A stretch of 62,645 nt of DNA, filler included, from Anaerolineae bacterium (lineage in GTDB: Bacteria; Chloroflexota; Anaerolineae; Epilineales; Epilineaceae), in assembly GCA_029262755.1 (NCBI GenBank). It is 7 parts of 7 records of this genome, joined end to end, with 100 filler letters (N's around TTAATTAATTAA, not from the genome) between each part and the next. Parts side by side here need not be neighbours in the genome. Positions count along the whole stretch, not along the records: positions 38,717 to 55,393 come from JAJCYU010000347.1; positions 55,494 to 62,645 come from JAJCYU010000349.1; 5 more parts are not named here. One strand, given 5' to 3'. The translations under genes and the position numbers were made by a program. The notes below the pieces were generated by a model, which saw nothing but the letters and a program-made list of their open reading frames with translations, was not told the origin of the DNA and did not search any database. Shown piece by piece: positions 48,320 through 58,400 of this stretch (the first letter of the stretch is position 1; every line of letters starts with the position of its first letter).

Positions 48320-51230
48320 GTACCGCAACCACCTCGGCGAATACCAGCCCTGCGATGCCGCCGAGCAATGTAGCGCCCGCGACATCCCAGCCGGCCGGCA
48401 GTATCGGAACTGCTCCCGGCGCAGCCATCAGTACCACGACCGAATAGCCGATGTAGCCACACAGCGCCCCGGCCGCAGCGAGCAGCCCGGCCTCCCATTG
48501 CGCCTTCAGCCCGCGCTTGCGCCACGGGGGTGTCGCGACCGCGCCTCCCGTCACGACCGTGACGAGCAAGGCAACCGCGAGCTCCCACGGAGCAGGACGC
48601 GTTCGGCCTGCACGATCGCTTGACTGATCGGGCGGGATGCCGGGGGGATCACCGCTGCGCTTGTCCGGCGACCCGCCGAAGTGGTCCGACGTCAGTTCAT
48701 CCGTGGGTCGCAGGTCGGGAGTCGGAGGCGGCAGCTCGATGACAAGCGGTTCGCCTGCCGTTGCGCCGCTCGCCGTGGAGGCCTGCACGAGGACGCGGCC
48801 GCTACCTTGGAGCTCGATCTCGCCGCGCGCGACGCCGCTCGCCGTTTCCCACGAGACCGTCCCCGCAGCCAACGATGCCGCCGGCTCGGTCTGGATGCGC
48901 ACAAGCGTACCGTCCGGAACCGTGCGACCATTGTGATCTCGCACTCCGTCCACCTCGATGGCGATCCGATGGGGGTCATTCGGCGATGTCTCATCTACCC
49001 CGTTGCGAAGGATCTGCAAGTGCGTCCCCGGCATCGGTTCCAGTACCTGCGCCAACACATAGTCCGCGTTCTTTACGGTAACCGGCGACGCGCCCGGCGC
49101 ATCGCCCATTCCGAACCACGCGGCGATGGCGGCACGAATCGATGCCGGAATCTTGCTGTATGCGGAGTAGTGCGCACCCAATTGAGCGAGGTTGGTGGTA
49201 TCAATGTAGTACGGTGGACCGAAGCTCAACACAGCCACGCTGCCGTTTCCGACGCGCGCCAGGCTCTGCACTTGAGGTAGGAGTTGGCCTCGCAAGCGCA
49301 GGCTCTCGTCTGGATCCAAATCGGCAAATGCGAACACGATCCAGTTCGCTTGCAAGAGCGCATCGACAACCGCCGCATCGTCCTGCGCCGGATCACATCC
49401 TACGGATCTCTCCGGCTCCCCTTGGCCCGGCTCCTCTTGGGGCTGCGTGTCCTGAGAAGGTCGCGTCGCGTTCACTACAGGGCTCAATGCTTGATGGAGC
49501 TGGCAGAACGCGAGGGACCGAAGCATCTCCGGTTGTACGATGCCTAGGCCGCCGGGCCCGAACTCGTCCAACATCAAGGCTTCGACAAGGGTCGGCCCAA
49601 GGCCCTGCAATCGTTGCCAGGTCGCGTCGTCGAGTCCGCAGGATTCGTCCGGGCACGACAGAGGACCATCGTCGATATCGACTAGCCCGGTTCGGACGTC
49701 AATCGAGCGCGGCGTGATGACCACGATGCGATCGCCTCGGTTCGGCGGCGAATCCGCGGCTTTCCACACCGTGACCGCGGCGTCCGCAACCGACTGCACC
49801 GTCCGCCTTGCCTCCTCGCCGCCGACGAGGTCCGAGAGTCCGGACGCCGGCTTGACGGGGACATCCTCGCGGCGGGGATAGAGTCGTGCTTTCGCGCGCA
49901 AAATCCGGCCTGCAGCCTCGTCGACTCGCTCTCGGAATGCACGATCCGAACGGTACTCCGCCTCGAAGTAGTCGAGCGTATCGCGTATGTTGCGCAGCTG
50001 TGGGTCCCAGGCTCCCCGTGCGTCAAATTGCGCAAGCAAGAGCACGTCGTTACCCGCCATCAATGCCGAGCGGGCGATCTGGCGGTTCGGGAATCGTTGT
50101 TCTCGCGGCGCGAACCACTCTCGCACGGCCGGTACGCCCAACGAGTCCGATACGATCAACCCGCCGGCTTCGCGCCACGCGGCGAATCCAAATGGCCCTC
50201 CCTCCAAGAGCAGGGTCAAACCCTCCCGATCGAACGAAATCGGCGGCGTTCCAGCTTGGGTGTTACCCTGCAACCCGAAGTAGCGAATATGGCTGGTCAT
50301 GAGCGCATCCGTGACGGAGGCTCTGTCCGGGTCGCCCGGGGCATCGGCCGAGACCGCGGCGAAGGGCACAAGATCCACCGATTGGATGGCATTGGCCGGG
50401 GCGATGACCGTCGAGACGCCACTATCGGGGTCCCGATCGCTTCCTCCGTGCCCGGGGAAGTGCTTGGCGACGGTAAGAACGTTGCGCTGTCCGCCGGCAT
50501 GCACGCCGCGCACATAGGCAGCCCCCAGTCGAGCCACCCAATAGGGGCTGCCTCCGAAGCTGCGGATGCCAATGTCCCCGCCGCTGTCCACACGGGGATC
50601 GGCAAGCACGTCCAGCCCCGGTCCCAAGAGCAAGTTGACGCCGACCGCGGACAATTCGCGCCCGACGATCGTCCCGATCGCCTCCGCGGCGGTGGGGTCC
50701 CACGTTGCTCCGATGGCCATCGGCGACGGCAGGGCGCTGAAGCCCTCGCGCAGGTGCGTGAACGGGTTGCCGTCACCCTCGTGGTCCATCGCGATAAAGA
50801 GCGGCACGCCGGATCCGTTTTCAAGCGCCTGTTGCTGCAGGCGCGCGCTGAGACCGGCTATCTCGTTGGGCAGGTCGCGACCTCGTTCGTTGCGAAAGAT
50901 TCCGTTGCCCTTTTGCAACACGACCCCACCGACCGCGTCGTCGCCAACCAGAGCAAACACGTCGCCTTCGGGATCGTCGGGACGGGCGTAGTAGGCGACC
51001 ACAACGAGCTGCCCGACCCGTTCCCGCGGCGATAGCGCGTCCAGCGACAGCCAAGGCACAGCGTCATCGGGCTGCGCGAGGATACGCGGGGCGGCGCCGG
51101 TCATGGATCCCAGGACGCTGGTAGCGAGCGTTACAGCGAGCAGCGTCCTTGCCTGCCAAGAGATGTTCCGCGCGACGCGGAGCCGGCGGATCTCGGTGCC
51201 GGTCGGCGGGCTCTTATGGTCGACTCGCAA
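48273..51230 (-). CDS. Secreted, C-terminally membrane-anchored GH3 (NagZ-like) protein
   Basis: Signal peptide; IAMDHEG, PSPMAIGATWD, GVNLLLGPGLDV, RSFG, KHFPGHG, IVSDSLG, AGNDVLL; Ig-like domain; ~3 TM; start uncertain. Confidence 0.9.
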   Translation of the reverse strand: MRVDHKSPPTGTEIRRLRVARNISWQARTLLAVTLATSVLGSMTGAAPRILAQPDDAVPWLSLDALSPRERVGQLVVVAYYARPDDPEGDVFALVGDDAVGGVVLQKGNGIFRNERGRDLPNEIAGLSARLQQQALENGSGVPLFIAMDHEGDGNPFTHLREGFSALPSPMAIGATWDPTAAEAIGTIVGRELSAVGVNLLLGPGLDVLADPRVDSGGDIGIRSFGGSPYWVARLGAAYVRGVHAGGQRNVLTVAKHFPGHGGSDRDPDSGVSTVIAPANAIQSVDLVPFAAVSADAPGDPDRASVTDALMTSHIRYFGLQGNTQAGTPPISFDREGLTLLLEGGPFGFAAWREAGGLIVSDSLGVPAVREWFAPREQRFPNRQIARSALMAGNDVLLLAQFDARGAWDPQLRNIRDTLDYFEAEYRSDRAFRERVDEAAGRILRAKARLYPRREDVPVKPASGLSDLVGGEEARRTVQSVADAAVTVWKAADSPPNRGDRIVVITPRSIDVRTGLVDIDDGPLSCPDESCGLDDATWQRLQGLGPTLVEALMLDEFGPGGLGIVQPEMLRSLAFCQLHQALSPVVNATRPSQDTQPQEEPGQGEPERSVGCDPAQDDAAVVDALLQANWIVFAFADLDPDESLRLRGQLLPQVQSLARVGNGSVAVLSFGPPYYIDTTNLAQLGAHYSAYSKIPASIRAAIAAWFGMGDAPGASPVTVKNADYVLAQVLEPMPGTHLQILRNGVDETSPNDPHRIAIEVDGVRDHNGRTVPDGTLVRIQTEPAASLAAGTVSWETASGVARGEIELQGSGRVLVQASTASGATAGEPLVIELPPPTPDLRPTDELTSDHFGGSPDKRSGDPPGIPPDQSSDRAGRTRPAPWELAVALLVTVVTGGAVATPPWRKRGLKAQWEAGLLAAAGALCGYIGYSVVVLMAAPGAVPILPAGWDVAGATLLGGIAGLVFAEVVAVLRAGRSRPGRRGAGS

Positions 51231-51398
51231 CCTCTACTCCTTCCGACCGGGTCGTCGCGGGGCGCCCATGATGCTTCAGGGCGGGACGTGGTATCCGTCG
51301 CCAGATCGCCATCGTCCTGCCGAACTGCTGTCGGATCGATGCGCCTCGGGCCACTGGGCGGAGGTAATCCTTGACACAAGGCCGGTCAATCCCCGGCA

Positions 51399-52070
51399 TC
51401 AACTCGGCGGCGGTGCCTTCGCGTCCTCGCTAGAGCGACGTTCTCCGTCATCGGCATCGCGTAGGCTGCTTGCAAGGGCGGCCAGGCGGTCCGCATCGAG
51501 AACCCCTGGCGCTCGCTCAATGCTCCGCCACACATCAAGACCCCAGGGTTTGACGCGCCGGATGGCCGGCGCCACGTCTTCCAAACGCAATCGGTCGCTG
51601 GCAAGCAGCATGGGCGCCCTCGCAGCCAGGTCGCCCGCGACGTCCCAACGGCGCGCGATGGCGCCTCGCAAGTGGAGGAGCCAAGCAGCGCGCAGCGTTC
51701 GTCGCGTCTTGCGATCCAGATACAGATCCGCGGCCACCTGCGCCTCCTCGACGCTGCGTGCCGCGACGCCTTTGAACGACCAACCGCGTAAGGCGGCCAG
51801 CTCGTCGCGAGCCTCACCGCCAAACAGCTGCGCACCATCGAGCTGGCACTGATCGATGACGCGTTGGATCAGCGGTGCCGGCGTATCGACAAAGATGCCG
51901 ATCAACGGGATCCGAGCGGGGATGGCCTGGCGGATCTCCCACGCGCGAGCGGTCGTGATGTAACGGGGACTGCGTGAGTAAAACACGCATGCGATCATAT
52001 CCGCCCCGAGGGCAACAGCCCGCGCGGCGTCCGCAGGATCCGTAAGCCCCGTAACTTTGAGCAATGTCAC
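51399..52070 (-). CDS. trpF: Phosphoribosylanthranilate isomerase-like protein (degenerate active site)
   Basis: K.TGLT, GADMI..VFYSRSPRYI, GIFVD, QLFGGE, VKPWGLDV...E.APG; catalytic positions altered. Confidence 0.75.
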   Translation of the reverse strand: MTLLKVTGLTDPADAARAVALGADMIACVFYSRSPRYITTARAWEIRQAIPARIPLIGIFVDTPAPLIQRVIDQCQLDGAQLFGGEARDELAALRGWSFKGVAARSVEEAQVAADLYLDRKTRRTLRAAWLLHLRGAIARRWDVAGDLAARAPMLLASDRLRLEDVAPAIRRVKPWGLDVWRSIERAPGVLDADRLAALASSLRDADDGERRSSEDAKAPPPS

Positions 52071-52131
52071 GCCGCGTTACGTAGCAAAGACGGCTCACGC
52101 CGCGTCTCGGAGGACGTTGCCTCGCGTTGGC

Positions 52132-53697
52132 TCACGGACAGCCGACCTTATAGATAAGCGGATTACCCTCCGCGCTATAGGGTTTCGAAATCGTGCGAAG
52201 GGACAACCGACGCCGTGGCGGGTTCACCGGTGATGGCGGCAGGTTCGGATTGGCGAGCATTTCCCAGCCAAACACTTGCTCCGGGTTGGCCAGCGCCGCG
52301 TTGATCACGGCGACGGGAACACGGCCGTATACGATATTGCAAGCGCCCGGCGAAGGCGTTTGTGTAGGCGCTGGACCCGGCGTGGGCGGAACCTTCGTGG
52401 GCGCAGGTGTTGCCGTGGGCTGATCGCACGTTACGTTGACGACTTCTTCCGTGTCGTAGCGTATGCCGCCGTCGAACGATGCGCGCACCTTGATGTTCCG
52501 CACGCCGGTGGCCGTGCCGCCGATCGTGACGCGCCAGGCAACCGAGGTCGTATCGCCGGGCAGGATGTCCGGTAGGCCGCGGGTAGCGCTTTCGCCGGTT
52601 GCGACCGTCATGCCCGCAGGTAGTTCCAATGTGGCCGTTCCATTCGTCAGCGGGACCACATCGAAATTGGAGACGAACAAGGAAACGAGCATCGACGTGG
52701 TGCACCGGGCCGTAACCGGGGCGACGACGAACGCACGTCCGCCTCGATTGGCGGCGATCCCGTACCGTGTGCTGATCTCTCGTCTGCCGTTGGGAGCAAG
52801 ACGCACCGGCTCCCACAGGAGAGCAACCGCGCTGTCACTGGTCACAGGGCGGGTTACGTCGACGGGGTAGCGCCACGGTTCACGCTGAATTCTCGGCCAA
52901 TAGGCGATCGTAAACACGTCCGGGCGCGTCACACCCTCCGTGTCGAGGAGTCCCACGCTCCGTAGTCGGGACGGGTCGTAGGCAGGATCCTCGAACGCGA
53001 GCCAATATGCGGGCACCGCTGTACCCGTGAACGCCGTCTCTCGTGTTACGGTGCCAAGGCCGGGCACGAAGTAGGGCGCCCCATCGTTGTTGCCGATCTT
53101 GACGTCGAGCAACGAACGCACGCCCACATCGACCGCTGACTGCCCCTCGTTAGCGATGTTCCAATGTGCTTCGACGACATCCGAACGGGCCGAGAAGGGA
53201 TTTTGCTCGAGGCGGAGCGTCTCGGTGACCCTTAAGGAATACGCGCCGGAAGTCTGCCAGACGGTCTGAACCTCCGCATCGCCCTTCTGTACCTGCGACA
53301 CAACGTCGCGGGGATCGCGCGGCACGAAGTCTTCCACGCCCTGGCTGCCCTCCATGTGGATGGTCGTGTAGCTCGAGCCGACGTCACTGCCGCCCCCGGC
53401 GACATAGCCGTAGAGCAGGAACTTATCGTCGTCGAGAGCCGTGTCGGGATCGCCCTGCGTCGTGCCCATGGTGAACGATCCGAACGGGCTCACGTCCGCG
53501 CGCACGAAGCTGTTGACGACCCGTAGGCATGGAGCGGTCAAGGGGTTGCAGGAAAACGGGACCGGTCCGGCCTGCCGTTGCGCCGCGCTGGGCAATGGGC
53601 CACGTGTATCGATCGAAGAAAGCAAAATGTAGGCGGCCGCGAGAACGAACAAGCTCGTTCCCACGATCAACGGACGGCGACCTGACCCGGAGCGCAT
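52132..53697 (-). CDS. Secreted hypothetical protein: beta-rich domain, Ig-like domain, Pro/Thr linker, Cys-flanked C-terminal domain
   Basis: GGAGG RBS; N-terminal TM/signal; FTMGTTQGDPD..DDDKFLLYG; tail CNIVYGRVP...KVGCP. Confidence 0.8.
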   Translation of the reverse strand: MRSGSGRRPLIVGTSLFVLAAAYILLSSIDTRGPLPSAAQRQAGPVPFSCNPLTAPCLRVVNSFVRADVSPFGSFTMGTTQGDPDTALDDDKFLLYGYVAGGGSDVGSSYTTIHMEGSQGVEDFVPRDPRDVVSQVQKGDAEVQTVWQTSGAYSLRVTETLRLEQNPFSARSDVVEAHWNIANEGQSAVDVGVRSLLDVKIGNNDGAPYFVPGLGTVTRETAFTGTAVPAYWLAFEDPAYDPSRLRSVGLLDTEGVTRPDVFTIAYWPRIQREPWRYPVDVTRPVTSDSAVALLWEPVRLAPNGRREISTRYGIAANRGGRAFVVAPVTARCTTSMLVSLFVSNFDVVPLTNGTATLELPAGMTVATGESATRGLPDILPGDTTSVAWRVTIGGTATGVRNIKVRASFDGGIRYDTEEVVNVTCDQPTATPAPTKVPPTPGPAPTQTPSPGACNIVYGRVPVAVINAALANPEQVFGWEMLANPNLPPSPVNPPRRRLSLRTISKPYSAEGNPLIYKVGCP

Positions 53698-53788
53698 GAG
53701 GCTACCTCCCTGGTTGACAGGCGCACGGATGGCTACATACGGGGTCATGCAAAAAACGAGAAGCAAGCAAGACGTGTGCCGTCCGGCT

Positions 53789-54916
53789 TCATTCGCTCGG
53801 TCGGAAGGGGAGCTCCGGGTCGAGCTGATAGTAGGCGTGTGGGCCCCGCGTGTCGCGCTTCAAGAGGCCGACGTTGATCGCCTCTTTGATCAACCGCTTG
53901 ATGTCGTGGTTGGAGAGGTCGATGATCTCCTTGTTGCGCAGCCCGCGAAGCGCGTCGTAAATCTGGATAAACAACGCGGCGTTATCGAGCTGTTTCATGG
54001 CCTCTTCAAAGACGGCCCAATCCTTATCATCGAAGTCGGCGCCGCCTTCGTCCACCTCGTCCAGATCCTCGGCACTTGTGTCCGTAGGCTCGGGCGCGAA
54101 CTGACTGACCTCGTTGGGATCTTCATCGGGCAGCAGCACTTCTTTGATGGAGCCGGAAGCAAGGATGGAGACCTTGCCGGTTCGTTCCGCCTCGCGGACG
54201 AATGCCTTGAACTTCGTGTAGACCCGGCCCTGCGTATCCTTATACTTGCCTTCATCGAAAGACGGCATCAGCTCCAGCATGAGTAGCTTCAGCGTGCCGA
54301 GCGTGGTCACCTGACCGCGCTTGCGAGCTACCTTGATCGCTTCGATCAAGACCTCGAAGGGATCGCGCCCATCGTCTTTTCCGGACGCCCCGCCGATGTC
54401 CTCATCGACCTGACTGTAGTAGAGAAATTGATCGGCCGCCTGTGCGAGATGGCTCGCGGTGGCGTCCGCGACCCCGATCACCAACGTCCGCTTCCCTTGC
54501 TGCCGAATCGCGTTGACCAAGGGGATGAAGTCGCGGTCCCCCGTTACCAACACGTACGTGGTGATATTGTCGTAGGCATAGAGGGTCTTCATCATGTCGA
54601 TGCACAAGTGCATATCGACGGAGTTCTTGATGGCGCTGCCGGTGCGGCCCCTGTCCCGATCGTAGTGATAGGTCGGCACATACATCGGCTCGATGGCGTT
54701 CGCGTACAGCGCGTTGGTCACGCGCGGATAGCGGTACCAGTCGGCGTAGGCTTTCGCGATGGTCACCCGGCCATGAAGCTGACTCTGCTCCATGATTGAC
54801 TCGAAATTCGGATTGGCCTCGTAGCGGTTGCGCACCGAGATGTAGATGTTTTCGAAGTCGATGAAGACCGCGACGTCGCCGCGCTGCTGGATCGCCGGAG
54901 AATTGGAGTCAATCAC
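53789..54916 (-). CDS. NYN domain protein with LOTUS/OST-HTH domain
   Basis: AVFIDFENI, AYADW, KNSVDMHLCID, TGDRDFIPL; LOTUS-like PSFDE...KFKAFV. Confidence 0.9.
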   Translation of the reverse strand: MIDSNSPAIQQRGDVAVFIDFENIYISVRNRYEANPNFESIMEQSQLHGRVTIAKAYADWYRYPRVTNALYANAIEPMYVPTYHYDRDRGRTGSAIKNSVDMHLCIDMMKTLYAYDNITTYVLVTGDRDFIPLVNAIRQQGKRTLVIGVADATASHLAQAADQFLYYSQVDEDIGGASGKDDGRDPFEVLIEAIKVARKRGQVTTLGTLKLLMLELMPSFDEGKYKDTQGRVYTKFKAFVREAERTGKVSILASGSIKEVLLPDEDPNEVSQFAPEPTDTSAEDLDEVDEGGADFDDKDWAVFEEAMKQLDNAALFIQIYDALRGLRNKEIIDLSNHDIKRLIKEAINVGLLKRDTRGPHAYYQLDPELPFRPSE

Positions 54917-55042
54917 GAGTGGTCAAGGGCTCCTCGAGGATGGGTTCCGACGCGCCCGGTAGGCGTGCGTACGGTCCCGATATGAACGGCGACAGTATAG
55001 CATAGGCACGGGTCCGCCAATTCGGACCGGCTCCACAATCCA

Positions 55043-55071
55043 TTGACTCCGCACCCTCCCGGTGGTATATT
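55043..55071 (+). promoter_or_regulatory. Strong sigma70 promoter
   Basis: TTGACT-17-TATATT with TG extension. Confidence 0.75.
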
Positions 55072-55254
55072 CATTCGGTTGTTACAAAGTCCTCATCACG
55101 GCATGTCGCGGCTTGAGATCGAAATTCGGTCTCGACTGCGCGCTGCCGCTTTCACTATGGGGTGCCAGCCGCGCCGGCGTTTCGCGAGCGCGGCCAGTCA
55201 CGCCGCAGATTTCGAACGACTCCCGTATTTGCGCTGCCAAGGAGCAACGTCTCG

Positions 55255-55393
55255 ATGGCGAAGACTTCGGTGACCGAGGGCCAGATCACGCTGGAGCATG
55301 TGACGCCGCTGCCGCGGACGGGGCATGCCGAGCCGCTGCGTATTCGGCGCAATTATGCCCGCATCGTCAACCACATGGCGGCTCCGCCGTTGA
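55255..55393 (+). CDS. rpoB: Probable 5' end of RNA polymerase beta subunit (truncated by contig end)
   Basis: AAGGAG RBS; RRNYARIVNHMAAPPL resembles the RpoB N-terminal R-x-(Y/F)-A-(R/K)-I-x(5)-P-x-L motif; only 46 aa visible. Confidence 0.55.
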
Positions 55394-55493
55394 NNNNNNN
55401 NNNNNNNNNNNNNNNNNNNNNNNNNNNNNNNNNNNNNTTAATTAATTAANNNNNNNNNNNNNNNNNNNNNNNNNNNNNNNNNNNNNNNNNNNN
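55394..55493. other. Artificial contig spacer
   Basis: N/TTAATTAATTAA/N linker. Confidence 0.99.
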
Positions 55494-55494
55494 G

Positions 55495-58400
55495 TCCGGC
55501 GCCTGCACCCCGGCATCGGCCGACGGGCAACGCGAGATCACCGTCGACGATCTCTACGATCGCTTCGATGCCGACATCCCGCGCGCCCCCGAAGACAAAG
55601 CCGCCTGGGGCGTGGCGGACGACATCCACGTCGAGCTCGACCGCGCCGCCAGCCATGCCGAACTACAGCGGATCATCGCCGATCGGGTGCCGCTCTTGCT
55701 CGATAGCGTATACAACGCGCCCGATGTCGGACGCATCGAGGCGCCGCTGCTGCTATTCGCCCGCGAAGAGACCTTTCGCACCCTGCCCTTGGGCGTGGAC
55801 GACGGCTACGTCCAGAGCAGCGCCGAGCGGGTACGTCTCGACTTCGCGCCGGCGGGCGTAGCCGGGGTCCAGCCCGCGATCGTCGCTGCGCTGCATGCCA
55901 CGCCGTACCGCCGCGCCATGGGGGTCGGCGCCTTCGAGCCCTATCCCTTCGAGGAATATTGGGACTGGCTCGACGTCCAGTTGCAGCAGGCCGCGCCCTT
56001 CCAGAGCGACGGCACCGCGGACGGAAACGACGAGTCCGCCGGCCGGATTGCCCATGCCCAGCTCCTGATGGGCTACCTCGTGGCCGGGCGCGGCGCGCTG
56101 GTGGGGTCCGCGGGCCGCCCGACCTGGTCGCGGGGCGCCTCCCGGGCGCGCGGCGGCTACAGCGACGAACAGTTGGCCGACCGCGCCTTGACCGCGCGCA
56201 ACGAGTCCAACGTCTTCCGCGCCTTCCGCCTGACCGACCTGATCCTCTCCCCCATCGTGGAGAGCATGGCCCTGCAGGTCGCGCTGCACGATCGTGTCGT
56301 CAACCCGATGTACCGCGATCGGGGCATCAAGCCGCCCAGGCTCGGCATCAAGGACTACTACCGCTACTTCGGCGCGGCCCGACGCGGCATCTGGGCGCAG
56401 AACCCCGTCCAGGCCTTCCAGACTCATCGGGGCAAGGATCGATGGCTCGTGCGCAAGGGCAGCGCCGGGACGGCCGTGGCACTGGGCTTTGCCGCCGGCG
56501 CGGGCAGCTACATCCTTTCGAACCTGGAAGCCCAGCCGCGTGAGGCGAACCAGGTCCTGGCCTCCATCGGCCTGGCCTCGGCCGCGGGCGAGATCGCCGC
56601 CGGTCTGGCCAAACCCGCACGCGACGCCGGCCGCCTCGCGAGGGCGGCCGGCGTTACGGGCGCCGTGGTGACCCTCCTGATCGTGGAGGCGGCCGCCTGG
56701 GGCGCGCTGGTCTACCGCATCGTGGACGCCGGCTTGGGCTTCTACAGCCTGGAGATGAACCGCGTGGTAGCCGAGGCGGCCAGCGGCACAGCGGTCTCCT
56801 TCGCCCTGCTGGCCCTCGCGCTCTACGTGGCGCCCCCCTACGGCCTCATCGCCTCCGTGGTCATCGGCCTGATCGACGCCATCATCGCCGTGGCGTGCAG
56901 CTTCCTGAGCAAGGAGGACCGCAGGTCGACGGCCGGCACCTGGGTGTGCAAGGGCCTGAGCGGCCTAATGGCCTACGGCGTTTCGCGGGTGATCTACGCC
57001 GCCAACGACATGGTCACCGTGGCCGACCCACAGCGCCTGGCCATCGGCGATCTCGACACGACGCTGCGCGAGCCGGACCGCGGACTGGTTCCGTTGCAGG
57101 CGATGACCGTGACCCTTGCGCTGCGCAACACCCTCGATCTCATCGCCACCCCCTCCAACCTCGGCGCGCTGTACTGGTGGCAGTACGACGACGAGTCGCT
57201 GCGCGGCTCCTCCTTCGGCTACCAGATCAGCAGCCTGCGCTTCGAGAACGAGGACCTGGAACTCCACAACCAAGTGGCCTTCGATGCCCATCCAACGGAG
57301 TGGACGCCCGTCGACGCCGCGGACGCGGACGACGAGCGCGTGTTCGTCGAGCGCGCGGTGGAGAGCTCGCCGCTGGACGCGCACCGCGTCCGCACCCACT
57401 TCGAGCCCGGCCGCAATGTCTCGACCACGGCCTATCTCGTCGAAGGCTACACGATCCCGGTCCAAGAGTGCTTCGTCGTGCCCCCGATCTTCCCTCTCCC
57501 CACCCCGATCCCCGTGTGCTACGAGCGCGAGCGCTCCGACACGAACTACATCGACCTCAACCTGATCTTCGACGTGTTCCCCACCACGCTGGAAGCCTTC
57601 CTCGCCATCGACGGACAGCCGGGCCGCCGCTTCGCCCAGACCTGGGCCGACATGCCCCTGCTCGAGGACGCCGACGGTGACGGTCTACCCTTTGCGTCCG
57701 ATCCCGACGACAGCCGCTGGGACACCGACGGCGACGGCATCGCCGACCTCGAGGAGGAGCGCCGCGACACGGACCCCGAGCGCATCGACACCGACGGTGA
57801 CGGCCTCGACGACCCCTACGAGATCCAGCTCGGATCCGACCCGACCCGCGCCCACAGCGATGCCGACGGCCTGCGCGACGACGACGAGCTGCGCGGCTGG
57901 CGGGTGGCCTACGAGACCTCGGACGCAGGCGGAGGCAGCGCCGTCCTCACCACACTCCGCTCCGACCCGAAGAATCCGGACGCCGACGGAGACGGCCTCC
58001 TCGACGGCCGCGAAGCGCTCCTCGGCCTGAGCCCCCACGCGTCCAACAGCGGCGCGACGATGGCCTTCTCCACCCGCTTCGGGGAGCCCACCGCGCCCCA
58101 CCTCTACCTGTCGCTGGACGAGCCCGCCGGCGCCGCGCCCTTCCACGAGTCCGCGGCGGAGGCGCACGCCGTGTGCCCGAACGCGCGCCACGGCGCGGCG
58201 CCCAATTGTCCCGCGGCCGGCCACGTCGGCCGCTTCGGACAGGCCGCCTTCTTCGACGGCGCCGGCGATCACCTGATCCTCGAGGCGCCGGCCGCGCTGA
58301 ACCAGCCCCTGCGGCTGACCACGGTCGCCATGTGGATCCGGCCCGAACCCGGCGCGGGGCCCGGCATGCTGTTCTCCCCGGCGCGCACCCGCGGCGGCTT

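Noticed and set aside
6319..55493. Six identical TTAATTAATTAA elements within N runs
   Set aside because: Artificial concatenation linkers, not biological repeats; adjacency across them is meaningless and the contigs may not share a genome.
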